DNA of 64,000 nucleotides from Podarcis vaucheri. Lineage: Eukaryota. The DNA lies in the NCBI GenBank assembly GCA_965113315.1, contig OZ220365.1; one strand, given 5' to 3'. A model generated the notes under the pieces. It was not told where the DNA came from and ran no database searches. It saw nothing but the letters and a program-made list of their open reading frames with translations. Shown here in pieces: positions 25,201 through 38,233 of this stretch. How positions within the stretch are numbered: the stretch's first letter is position 1; every line of letters begins with the position of its first letter. The translations under genes were made by a program, and so were the position numbers.

Positions 25201-28200
25201 TAAAAATGTGTTTTATTCCATTAGTTTTCTGGAATTGGCTTTTACACTATGTAAAAGCTCAAATATTGCGCTGGGATTAAGTTAGGGAAATGTAGGGGAA
25301 ATGAACTAAGGAACTGTGTGAATGCAGCCCATGGAAACTCTCCAGGTGGCCTCATATCTGACAGTGAAAATGCTGCCAATATCTTATGACCTTAATGACA
25401 CAGCATATACTGGACAACATGTCTCACAGTACTGTCTTGTGTCTCTGTTCAGGAGAATACTACATTTTTTTTTCCTGGGACTCCCCTGCTGTGAATCATT
25501 ACAACTCAGACGTGGAGGGTTGTTATTTCCTCAAGTGAAATTAACGTCAAATATTGGTGATTGTGTCATGCATATTCATGAACTTTTGAGAAGGTTTCAT
25601 AATTAGATCAGTTGGGTGAGATTCCCTTGATCTGAAGTAGCAGGGGCCCCCCATCAAGACGCCAACCATCTTGTAGCGTGACCTTCCCAATTTCCTGCAC
25701 TAGAGAACTGATCTTGTTATCCTAATTGCAATTCCAAATGGAGTGGTACCTGAAAATAAATTGACTGCTGTTCAATTTCACAAACCACTCGGATTGGAAT
25801 TGCAACCAGTATAAATAGAGCAACTTTCCAGGAAGCTGGGGAGGTCACTCAGTAGGATTGTTGGCATCTGCCGGAGAAAACCTTTGTGTGCCAGCCTCCT
25901 GGTGCTTTCAGACCGTAGCACAGCAGTAAGGAAAAGCAGAACTATTTCTGTGCTACGAATTAAACATTTTTCTTGCCTATACATGTGTCTCAGTTCATAC
26001 AGCTTATTCCTTCAAATAAAAGCATGCTTTTACAATAGCCCAAAACATTATATACAGTAAGAATATCGAAGTCACTAACAGAAAGCCCTTAAAAAAATTC
26101 TGTTATCCCTAATTATCTCATAAATACAATTAATCAATCCTCAACATCACAACTGGCAAGTGTAGTCTTATACGGAAAAATGGAAGAGGAGGGAAAACAT
26201 ATTCCAAAGCGTTTTGATCTGTGATGACCCATAGCACTGTATGTTACATGGAGGACAGCACCAAGGGAGTCAAGTCCAAACATTAACCACAAAACATCAC
26301 TTTGTATACCAACTTAGAACTGTAGGGGAAATCTAGGGATAGACAGATCAGTCTGTTTCTGGTCAGTGTCAGTTTTGCACATGTTCACTCATAAGGTAAT
26401 TCAGTTTTGTGTCTGCATCAATGAGTAATTAAAAATACAAACATGAACATTTATTTACATTATTTTCGAATGTATTTTTGCACTTTTTAAAAGAAGAAAG
26501 TGCATACAAAAATGCAATTTATCCCACAAGGAATTTCTGTATGCATTTTAATGTGCAAGGTACATTGTCATATGCAGTTCTGATCAAAGAAGAACTGCAC
26601 TGCAAAATTCACTACTAAGTGCAAAAATAATTACTGATCCTTGTCTGGGAAGTACAAATCAGGTTGGCTTGCTTAAGAATTCAGATCAAGCAACACCCTC
26701 AAGTATCTGTATCTAGAGATCATTACAAAAACTGAGGTCATTCAACTTTCTCAGAAAATCAGATTGTACATAAAAAATAACCTCATCTGAATAGAAGTAA
26801 ATAATGTAGGGATTCCTATCTGAAACATTCCCATTCTTGGGGGTGGAATCTGAAAAGCAGAAGAGTTTCATTTGATAATTAGGAAACTTACCAGGAATAT
26901 ATAAATTATGTATATACTTGGAAACTTAATGAACTTCTATTATTTTCACCTGGAACAGGCTTTGTATATACCTGGAGCCACCACACACAAAATGGCTGCC
27001 ACATGAAGACTGCTTGAAATCATTCTCCATGGCAACTGTCTGCATGTAGTGAGCCTTTCATGTGCTGTGGCTCAGCAAACAAATCAGGAAGTTTCCTATG
27101 TAATTTTTAGTCTTAATTTTATTTTTTTTAAATTTGCCTTAGTGTTAAGAAAATTCTCTCTGTGTACCAATGGCAGGCAACATGTCAAGCAAATTAAGGC
27201 AGCTTCTAATGGACAATTTTCATACCCACTGGCCATTAGAACTTGGCTAGACATATCAAAATCCTTCAATTATTTGTTTATTTAGTTATCACATTTGTAT
27301 TCCATCTGTTCTCCAAAGAGTTCGGAACAGCATATGTGGGGCTATCCAAACTTTTTTTCCCCAGCAAACCAGTGAGAGGCACAAGCTGGTTGTGAAGTGT
27401 ACAAGGCACAAGGTAACCACATACACTTTACGGCAGAATATTTTGTAAATAATAATAATAATCCTGGAACTGTGAATCCTTATTTCTTTTTAGTTAGGTC
27501 TATTTCTGCTATTCACTTTAATGAAACTGGTGTGAATAAAGATCTCCTTCTACCATCTGTAGTCATCCCTCAATTCTAAAACCAATTTACAACACATATA
27601 TAACATTTGCCATGAAACTCTTAGTACCCTGCTTTTGAGTAGTTCCAACTACATTTACCTTCATCTTTGTGAAACAATTTAAGTATGGAAATACTCTGTG
27701 TCGATTTTACATGTTTTCAGAATTTCATTCTCCTTAAAAAGCAAGTAATTTTTCTTCACTTACTATGATACTTTCATAAGATGTGTGGCATTGAAGTTCC
27801 AAAGATTACTCTAACTTTTGAAAACTAGGAGAAGGAATTCCCAAAAAGCATTTGGCAAGATTGCCACTTTCTTAAATTTTTACCTGAGCAAGCCATAAGA
27901 GTTCAAGAAGCTTATTGTGAATCTAATGTTCCAGGAGTGCTGTGTCAACAGATTGCAAAAGATTATATCAAGAGTGGATTAGAAAGTATTAAAACATGCC
28001 TTGCTGTTCAGATCAAAAGTTCATCTGTTTCCAACTGCGGCCTGGTAGATGCCCAAGAAAGCTTATACACTCAGCAAGTTGGTGAAAGCCACCATCAACT
28101 AGTACAGAGAGGTATACTTGTTTTTTTTGAATGTTCATTTTTACATGAAATAAAAGGTATATTTGTCACATTTGTACACCATTCCTCCTCCAAGAAAAAC

Positions 28201-28524
28201 ATGGTAGCTTACATATGTTTCTTAGTTTGTCTCTTATCCGGACGTTTCTCAAAGCCTGATCCCTTTAGTTGCAGCAGTTGAACTGTATTGTGTGCCTTAA
28301 GAATATATTATTTGGTCCTCTTGGGGGGAGGGGGATAGCAGGTGCCACCACTACCTGTCTTCTCTCTCTAGGATTGGGTCCCCTTCCTGCCTGCCTGTCT
28401 GCACAGAACACAGTCAATTGAATTAGTTGCTTCTGCCACTGATTGATCAGCTGCTCAAGTGGGCAAGCAAAGAACGAGCAACGAGTGTGGGTCAGAGCAA
28501 CAGCCAATATTCACTCAACAGTAC

Positions 28525-29510
28525 TGTCCTGGGAGGTTTGTGCTAGTGCCATACTGAAGCCTATCCTCTAGCTTCTCAGAAGTTTACTTCCCCTGCAAAA
28601 TGGGCTTCTATTTTTCTGCCTTCTTCTCAGGGCACTTTTGAATTTCTTCAGAAGTGCCCTGAGAAGATGACGGGGAGGAAGAAGAGGATCCCGAAGAAGG
28701 GTGTAGCCATGACTGGTACACATCAGGGCAAGCTGGGAATGGAGAAGGAGAGGTTGGGGGCAGAAAGTACTCACGGGGCAACAGGAGATGGTGAGGGAAT
28801 GGGAGTCAGTGCACAGGAACCAGAGGAGCAGGATCCATTACCAAAGCCAGTAATGCCATGAACATGGCAGGCTCTGAGGCATAGGGAGCAGAGGGAGGTA
28901 CATTCTAGGAGGCTGAGGCAGGCAAGGGCCCATCGCCCAGCTTCCTAGCTGGCCAGGTGGGGCTCGCTAGCTCTGGAAGGAGGGGTGTGATTCCTCAGCC
29001 AGCTTAGGCTCAGGACAGGTGAGGGTCACATGCCTCATCAAGCCCAGATGCTGCAATCAAGATTCAATGGATAAAAGGGAAGCAGAGTTGAGGGACCGTG
29101 GCTTGGGTATCCTGGGAGTACCACCATTTATTTATTTTATTTATTTATTGAATTTATATACCGCCCTGTGCCTGCAGGTCTCAGGGCAGTTCACAGGATA
29201 AAATCAGAATATAAAACCGTAAAGTACATAATCAAAATTAAAACAACAACCCAATAACACCCCCAACACATTTTTAAAGGACATAGGATGTTAATTGTGC
29301 TTTTCAGGACTGAACTCCAGATTCCCTGACCCTGGACAGGCTGCAGAGGTGGGAACCTTGCTTGACTGTTGGACTATGGATTTGGCTTGCTGTATTGAAC
29401 CTGGACTGTGTTCCCTGACCTGTCAGATTGCTGTATTACTTGCTAGCATTTGCCCTTGGAACTGTATACACCAGCTGGACGGGTCTCCAGGTACGTTGGG
29501 GTTCAGAACA
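28525..29510 (+). mobile_element. Possible degenerate solo LTR, interrupted by an L2 fragment
   Basis: TGT...ACA ends, purine-rich first half, TATA-like ggataaaaggg; no clear TSD. Confidence 0.3.
29127..29290 (-). mobile_element. L2-like LINE 3' end
   Basis: (TTTA)n tail then gaatttatataccgccct...ctcagggcagttcac; homologous to 1311-1818. Confidence 0.7.
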
Positions 29511-29794
29511 CAAAGAGTTACCTCACAGTGCCTTCTCCGAAGCTTTAATTGAGTCATGGGAAGGCAGGGAGACTGGCTACCAAATGTCTGAGATTGGCAC
29601 ACTCTCTGGTTTTGTTTTTAAAAGGAGTCCTTCCTTGAGCCTTATGGGGGGAAAGTTTTGAACACTGATGCCTGTTAAAATAAAAAGACTTCACTTAAAA
29701 GCCAACAATGACCAGCTTGCAGGTTCACAGTTAGCATCCACCCTGCTTTCTTGTGCTCACAGGAAAGCCCAGTTGTGGATGCCATAGGGTTTTT

Positions 29795-30049
29795 GAGAGC
29801 CAGTGTGGTATAGTGGTTAAGAGCGGTAGTCTCGTAATCTGGGGAACCGGGTTCGCATCTCTGCTCCTCCACATGCAGGTGCTGGGTGACCTTGGGCTAG
29901 TCTCACTTCTCTGAAGTCTCTCAGCCCCACTCACCTTACAGAGTGTTTGTTGTGGGGGAGGAAGGGAAAGGAGAATGTTAGTCACTTTGAGACTCCTTAA
30001 AGGGAGTGAAAGGCGGGATATCAAATCCAAACTCTTCTTCTTCTTCTCC
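29795..30049 (+). mobile_element. tRNA-derived SINE (Squam3-like) with (CTT)n tail
   Basis: A-box tggtatagtggt, B-box-like ggttcgcatct, gggtgaccttgggc core, L2-like tail ending in ctcttcttcttc. Confidence 0.8.
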
Positions 30050-31369
30050 TTTTTCTGGAAAGGAAAGCACCTGGGAAGACTGCAGAGTGCAGCCCACCAA
30101 AGGGTTGATTGGCAGAATAATACAAAGGACACTTGAGAATGCCTGTTGTAAGGTAAAGTAAGGTAAGCATCCAACCATGATAATTTCACTGAACTCTTCT
30201 TCTCTTTTTGATAATTTTGGTATTTCTTTTCTCATTAATTGATGGGAAATAGTTTTTGGGTGTGTTTTTTTTAAAAGAAACACAGGACAAATTTCTGGCA
30301 CTCTTCCCACTCTACCAGTTCAGCAAGCAAGAGGGCATGCAATCTGTAGCAGGAGAAAGCACAGCTGTCAGTGCCAGCCAGAAGAGGGCAGATGAGTGAT
30401 TATCACTGCTCTTTCTGCTGATGCAATCACTAGGCCACCCAACACAATTGGGTGAGCAGGTGAGGAGGGGAAGCTTGGAGCAGCCAATGCCACTTGCCCT
30501 CTCTACCTGTGGGGCAGTAGTGGGGCATGGATGGGGAAAAGAGGGGGTACTGTGTCCTGTTCTTTGTCTCCAGCAACTGAGAATCCAAAGTATACCAAAC
30601 ATTAAGATTCTATTATTGCACTAATTCTACTATTCAAGTCATGTAAGAGCTTCAGGGATATCTATATATATTTACAGAAAGGTAGGTGCACTAGGCAAGT
30701 CTATCCCTGATGATCAGAGAATGAGATCAAGTGAACTGCCGTATAGATGTTTGTTTAGCGATAAGTTACAGGGGAATCATTACCTCCACATAATTACATC
30801 TCACCACTGACAAGTCGTAACACGTGTGTTAAGTTGTACACTGATTTCCTGAGACTGTTGTGCAGTCCAATTGTGCTGGTAGGCTCAGCATTCCTTTAGC
30901 TTTATATCCAATTAATTCTGAAAGATAGCAAGTTCTCCAATGAACACTAAATAAATAAAATCAATAACTAAATGACTGTTTGGAGAGTATAATACATGAT
31001 GGCTTTGCTAACATCTTCCAATAGTTCAGGTTTACTTATTTTTCCCATGTGATGCATGCCTCTTGCAACAGTGTACAACAACAGCTCCTTTTGACAGCAT
31101 CTACTTAATCACTTTAAGTGGGTTTATGATCACACACAAGAGAAACAATTTAATCCCCTGATTTTTATCTTTTGTAACCTCATAGAAACTAGTGGAAGCA
31201 CATGGCGGATAACGTCTCTTTATATCATGCCAAAGTCACATGGAAAGAACATCCCCAAAGGAGTGCCATTCTGGCTTCACTGCTGTCGGTGATGGCTTTA
31301 CCCTTTTGAATGTTGATAGTGATGAGGTCATCACTCACCCCTTCTGTAAACTATCATCATCACCATCAA

Positions 31370-31700
31370 TGATTTATTAGCTTCATTCTAAACGACTGTT
31401 GCAAGGCAATGTACAACAAATATAATTAAAACCAGTTTAGGAGTACAAAAACAGCAAGTAGATTTTAAACAAAGCTAAAAACACTTATGGTAAAGACCCA
31501 TTTTTTCCAGCTGGGAAAGCCTGTCAGAACAATGCTGTCTTCAATTGTTTCCAGAAAGTGTAGATACCAGGCACTTATTGTATCTTGACAGGAATCCTAT
31601 TCACATAACTGGGGCAGCCATGCTAAAAGCTGTGCTTCAAGTTACTGTAGAGAAGGCTTCTGTGATCTTTGGAACTTGCGGGAGAAACTCTCCCGCAGCA
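31370..31700 (-). mobile_element. Old L2-type fragment
   Basis: Degenerate motifs similar to the other antisense L2 ends (gggaaagcctg..., ttcacataactggggcagcca). Confidence 0.4.
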
Positions 31701-32078
31701 AGGCTGAATTCTAAAAATGTAGAGTTCTGCTAGTTTTATTTATGTAATGGTGCTTAGGGCTTAAGACTGTCAAATGACAATTTCCAGGCCGAGACCTGAA
31801 TTTTTATCTACTTTATGCTCTAACAAAGGGGAAGTATTTGGGTACCATCTACGAATGCAGATACTTGAAGAAATATGCCCAGATTAGAGGCCCAAATCTT
31901 CTACACTGCCAGCAATCTATTTTCCAGTTCAGAGCCAGAGGAGCAACAGCAGCAGTTGCAGACCTCAGAACACTCTGAGGTGGCTTTAGCAGGTACAGTG
32001 TACATAACTAGTTCTGCCACTCTCCAGAGGAGGAAGAGGCATATGATAGCCATGTTTCACCAAAAAGTGGATGAAGTA

Positions 32079-32590
32079 TAGTGTCCAGATCAAGGGAAGT
32101 AATAGTACCACTCTATTCTGCCTTGATCAGACCACACTTGGAACACTGTGCCCAGTTCTGGATGCCACAATTTAGGAAGGATATTGACAAGCTGGAATGT
32201 ATGCAGAGGAGGGTGACCAAGATGATCAAGGGTCTGGAAACCAAGCCTTATGAGGAATGGTTGAGGGAGTTGGGTATGTTTAGCTTTGTAGAGAGAAAAC
32301 TGAGAGGAGATACGATAGCCATCTTCAAATATCTAAAGTGGAAGATGGAGCAAGCTTGTTTTCTCCTGGCCTGGAAGATAGGACTCAATCAAATGAAAAG
32401 TTACAAGAAAGGAGATTCCAAACATCATGAAGAAAATTCTGCCAGTAAGAGCTATTCAACAGCGGGGTGGACTCCCTTGGGAGGTTGCAGACTCTCCATC
32501 CTCTACTTAAAAACCTCCAAGGAAGGATAGACATCTGTCATGGATGCTTTAGCTGAGATTCCTGCATTGCAGCTCTACAATTTTATGATT
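32079..32590 (+). mobile_element. CR1 LINE 3' fragment (RT C-terminus, decayed)
   Basis: ORF 32081..32530 [48 protein letters not shown] is typical CR1 ORF2; ends in an attttatgatt tail. Confidence 0.92.
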
Positions 32591-35500
32591 AATCAGGGGT
32601 TGCCCATCACCTTCTGCTGCCTGGGGTAAAGGAAAAATGGGCTTCCCTAATCTCACATACAGCTGAGTATCAGCTGACCACAGTGGTATTGCAATAGCAT
32701 CCACAATCACACCTACACCTGAAGACAGCAAGCTAGTTTAGGGAGCATAGATCATTTTACTATTTTCCAACACCTAGTCATTGCCACCTAGCCCAAGCAT
32801 CCACTGCTGAGGTGGCCATTTCACTTTGCCTATTTGTAGAGCTCTAAGATTAATTGAGAAGTTGGAACAGTTGCTTTCCCTACCCATTGTGCTCTTTTCT
32901 TGAACCACCATAATAATAAAACTGGCACGTGAAGGCTCTTGTGACAGCAAGATATAACTAAATACACCTTTTCCCTCTGGAACCATAGTACGATGACATA
33001 CCTGGACATTTCTCACTTAAGTGGTTATGCAGTAGCCATCCTACTGCCTCGCTAGTGTGAAACCCAGTAATGTCTCTAGCTACATTGAAAACAAAGGAAA
33101 AGAAAGATGAACCAAAATCAGCCATGATCTTCATTTTCCCAAGTTTGTCAACGTGTCTAGACAAAGTAGTCTTTGAGGTGGGTATTACTGTAGTCCTCAA
33201 CTGATGTCAACAGTTGCCACAAGCAAGACCAATGGATGGGTTGCAGAGTTATGATGAGTGATTGATTCTCTTAGTCATATTTTTTGAATTTAGTTAGCTC
33301 TTTGACAGGAGTATTTTCTTTCTAACAAGTCCGCCAAATTACTGGATCCAAAGTGCCCTCTGACTCCCTGAAAAGAAAAGGAAACCTAAAAGCACAAAGC
33401 AAAAAATGAAACTTGCTACAAGCAGAATTTCAAAGAACTACTACATCAAAGAATATTACATCCCAGACAAAGCCTTAATTAAGATCATTTCAATATGTGG
33501 TTCCAGTACATGATTCACCCTTGTATTGTAGAACTATATAAGTCACAAAGAGCTTCATATACTGAAAACAATGTTCTCAAGAGACTGCTGTTTCAGCAGT
33601 ATTCCCTCTCCATTTCTTTCCTATTAGATGTTAAATACTTTAAGAACAAGAGTAGGAAAGCACGGTATTAAAGCTAAATTAAAGAGCATTCTCGAGGTTT
33701 CATGAATTTGTCACTTATTAATTAGTAGATCTTCTGGAATGGGTTTATCCATGTTCTGAAAGATAACATATAAATTAATTCTGCAACTTCTTGGCCTCCG
33801 TCTTGGGAGACAATAGAACAGTGATCCTTCAGGGGTAAAGCCAAACCATTGGAGAGTTACAGTGCCTGCTGTGGCTGTAGAGACTGATAAGGGAGAGATG
33901 TTATTGCAGATTAGCTTTCCTTTTAAAAAGCCTTCAAAGCCATGTTTGAAAACAAACTTAATGGGAATACATGGACAAGGACTGAAAAAGTGTAGTTGGT
34001 GGCAGGAACTAGGTTTCATTCATTTATTTCTAGAATTTAGATCCGGCCAAACAGCCAGGAATGTCTCCTATGCTGGGGAATGATTAAAAGACTAAAATAC
34101 GAATTTTAATCAATATAATTTAAAATGATAGTGACGTGCAGACCTTCCTCAAGTTAAGGGGAAAAACCTGGTTGTTCTGGAACCCAGTTCCATATTTGGA
34201 AACCCTATTGCACTCCAGATGACATCACTGACCACTTCCCAGGCATGGCAGTATCTACAGCATAAGAGATTTAAGGCTTGAGAAGCCCCCTACTTCTCCT
34301 CTTCTGGTGCCTGGAATGTTAGCATCCTAGGTGACGGGACCATGGGACAACAATTTCATCTCCCAGAATTCCTGGGGCAAGCATATCCCAGGATGTTTCT
34401 AGGTATCTCTAGATCTCTCGATCCACTACTGCTATTGAGGCAGCCACCAGGTAACTAGAAAGGGTACAAAAAAAGAGCCAGGGAGGAGGTTTTTTAAGGC
34501 CCAGATTATGCTAAATCCTGCCGGAAAATAATTTAGGGGGAAATGGCACTCAATTTGGGATACGGCTAAGAACTACAAATTCACATGCCAATCAAATCTT
34601 GAACCACAGCAAATTTGGCAGCATCACTTAAAAAATAAAATAAGCAAATTATGCTTTAAACAAATACACAACAAGAAGGTCTAGTGTCTTTACAGTAACC
34701 ACTGAAAGTCAGATTAAGTCTAACTTTTTGTCCCCTGCCCTCCTGTGAAAAGGCTAACTGATCAGCAGACTAATTTGATTTATGTCATGTGGTAGAAGAA
34801 ATTGAGCAATGTTAAAAACCATTGGGACTCTTTATATGGGAGATGCCAAGAAAATGGCCATGTTCCTTGTCTAATAGAGTTGTGGAGAGAGAAGTATGTT
34901 AAACTGAAGTAGTGCTCCTTATCACTTAACACAGCCTTTGTAAGTAAACGGCACAAAGAACAGTAGCTCCTAATTGTGTCAATTGGAATGAAAATTTATG
35001 ACGAATTAGTACAAATCAAGGAGCATGGACAGGTGACATTAAATCAAGACAATGCAACTCATGCAGCTGATAAAATGCAGAACACAAAATGTGCTGTGGT
35101 CTTTTTGTTGGTATTCTTTGATCATATTTTCAACTATCTGTCCTTCTAGCTGTTTTGAATTTCCTTGGAAAGAAAAATGCCACAGAAAATTTAAAAACCA
35201 TAACAAGTAAATAATTTAGCATTTTCCACCATCCATGTTATGTCATTAAGCAACACAGAGAGAGCAGGTTCACACAAACGTGTCTCCGTAATTTGATTCC
35301 TCTACACTTGACTGGACACTTCATTAAAAACTGCCATGCAGATGATTTGTGTTGATATAAAACATCTGCCTGTTATGTAATGGCACATTCACCTATGCAA
35401 GCTATCACTTTCCTATGCCTGCTGCTCTAGAAGCGGCTGTGGTGGCAAGTGGCTTTTGCAGCCGCACAGGCGAATGAGGGAGGCCTGACAAAAGGCTTCA

Positions 35501-36865
35501 ATACACTGTCACATGCTGCACCAATGCTAGGGAGAGGGTAGGACCAATGTGGGCTACTTAAGCCCTTTCTGCCCCTGACCTCTTCATTCATTGGGCTACC
35601 GCCACTTCCGACCCTACAAGCAGTGCAGGCAGTGGCTGATTAGCATTTAGAGGACAGAGTAGGAATGTTTTGTTTGTCAGCTGATTGGCTTTGCTTTCGT
35701 AAGTTTTCACCTACTCTATGCTATGTGGGCAGTAGTCATGAAATAGGTTAATTGGTCCCTCTGGCAGGTAGGTGCAGGAAGGTATGAGGTAGATAATGTT
35801 TGGTGGCACCCTTAGGCACCTGGAAAGTTGTCTTGAGACGTGCCTTCAGGTTGGCCCCAAAGGTGTCTTGGGGTCAGAAAGTTTCTGTGCCAACATGCTT
35901 AACGCAGCTCCTGAATTGGGGGGGGGATGTAAAGCATGTTTTTGCTTATCACTATCGTGATAAAACATACAACTGAAAAACATGGAACACAAAAGGAATT
36001 GTAGTGCCAAACAAGATGACCAACTATACTTACAAGGAGCCATCGTTGTTTGTCATGAAAAGTGATTCTTGACAGGTGGCTTGTAGTTTGGCAGGAGCGT
36101 CACTCCCTTTTACATACTGACATTTGTGCTGAAAATTAAACTTCACAGAAAACTGCCGTGATCAACAGGTAGCTGCCTGCCCATTGGGTTTCCTGCACAT
36201 GACTAAAGTGCCTAAGACATCATACCTGTTTTCAAAAGAACAGTTTTTGAGTTCTGTAATCATTATGCCTGCCCAACTGAAGAATTATGTAGCATGTAGG
36301 GAAATTATTCCAGATGGGAAATATAAACGTAGGATTTGACTAAAGTGGTTACATAGAAGACTCATATAAGGCATTATAAAAGGCAGCTTTGCCAAGTTTC
36401 AAATGAAGTTTCTTTCTTATAGCACTGTTAATCACCATATAAACATCCCCAGTGGTATAAATCTCTCACTGGGGGCAAATTAAGGGAGTGGGAATGTTTC
36501 CAGTTTAATGGGTTTGATTTGGCTACTATATCATGGAATGTTCTAAGAAATTGGCTATAAACCAATTCAGTAAGAAACAGCCACGAAAAATAATCCAAAC
36601 AACCTATAGACAAGTGAAAAAGAGGCCCATTCCTTTAAACATACTTTTTGTGCCAGGAGAATGGACAGAAGTAATGGGAAGAGCAAGCAGAGGATAGACT
36701 GGCAGGGTTGGAAAGCTGGCAAACCCTGGCAGATTGCTTCATTTAAAATAACAATCAAAGGATTAACTCTTGGTTTCTGTTTGCAGCAACTCGGTAGGTT
36801 ATTGTAAAACATGTCCCTATTCAAAATATTCTACCAATGAAATTTACAGATATTTCACAGACTCA

Positions 36866-37010
36866 TGTAATTGTACCGTTGGAAGGCACCCCCCCCCAAG
36901 GGTCATCTCCTGCAACCCCCTGCAATGAAGGAATCACAGCTACAGAATACCTGACCAAGGGCCAGCCAACATCTGTTTTTAAAAACCCAATGAAGGAGGG
37001 TCTAGCACCT
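36866..37010 (-). mobile_element. CR1 3' end fragment
   Basis: gttggaagg...agggtcatct..caaccccctgcaatg.aggaatc, antisense of the CR1 3' UTR. Confidence 0.65.
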
Positions 37011-37753
37011 TCTGAGGTAAGATCTGAGGTATATTTAATCAACCTCAACTCGCCTTTAGGTCAGCATACACTCTTAAAAGAGACTAAATTTAGAAATAGG
37101 GTGCTGAATAATTTGTTGTGGCTATAACATGGAAAATCCTGCATCTCTAAAGCTGACCTTCAGGTGCAATCATTCTCTGTTGACAGTTTATTTCCTTTTG
37201 CTTTATTTGTTTCTGTTCCTTCATCCCAAATGGATTTCACTTGCAGACATACAAATAATGATTCCCTGTCCTCTGTGTTGCTACCCTTGAAAATCTTGTA
37301 AACTGTTCACATATCTTCTTTAGTCATTCTTTTTTTTTTCCAAAGCAAGGAAGCTTTAGTTCTTGTACTCATTGCTCATAAATCAATCAATCCCCTCAGA
37401 CCTTTAATCATGCTTATTTCTCTCCTTTGAATCCTTTCCAATTTGTCAACATCATTCCTATTCAGACATACCCAGAAGGGAACACGATATTTTAGAAATG
37501 TTCTCCTGGCGCTGAAAAGAGAAAAATGGCTGCTTCACACAAATAAACTGAAGGTTTGGTTCGAATATTTCAGCATTACCAAGAATATCAAAGGCAGAGT
37601 TTGGAGAGTTGAAAAGTAATCTTGCTAAGCACAATGTATTCTCTAGCTTGTTTGCCACATGGCTGAGCTTTTGAAAGCAGTTAAAGAGGAGGGCGCCAGG
37701 TCTCAAGAGTTAGGTGCCATGTCAGGGGGTCAGAGTCAAGGGATCAAGCCAAG

Positions 37754-38233
37754 CAGCGGCGTAGCTAGCCGCTCGAGTGCTGGTGTGGCACACACGGCCT
37801 GCAACTGGGGGCGGGGCGAGCCACCCATGGGGGTGGGACACTCTGCATGGAGCCTCTCCACAGCCTCCCCCTCAGCTGTAGGGTGGCTGAGGGAGAGGCA
37901 GCAGGCAGACGCAAGCTCCATGCTGCCGTTTCAGGCAGCACCGAGCCTGCAGGCGCTCAAGCCACCACATCACTCCCAGGTGAGATGCGTGGCTCAGGCA
38001 TGCTGCAGGCCCCACGGTAAGTGCCGGGCCTCGCGGTGTGGCACCCAGTGCCAGCCGCATTTCATTGTGTTTGTTGACTGAACTAAAAAGTTTCATGAGC
38101 CCAATTTTTATTTATTTATTTTTTAAACTCATATTTTTGTCATTTTGTCACACACACACACACACACACACACACCCCAGTGATGACACCCGGACCAGCC
38201 CACACCCACCACACCCCGCTTCCTTCGCCACTG
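37754..38233. mobile_element. Non-autonomous hAT DNA transposon (480 bp)
   Basis: Perfect 8-bp TSD aagccaag (37746-37753, 38234-38241); imperfect TIR cagcggcgtagc/ccttcgccactg; GC-rich; contains (CA)n. Confidence 0.82.

Noticed and set aside
29795-29875. tRNA gene (also considered at about 60660-60735)
   Set aside because: These are SINE heads followed by SINE bodies and tails, with no intact cloverleaf.
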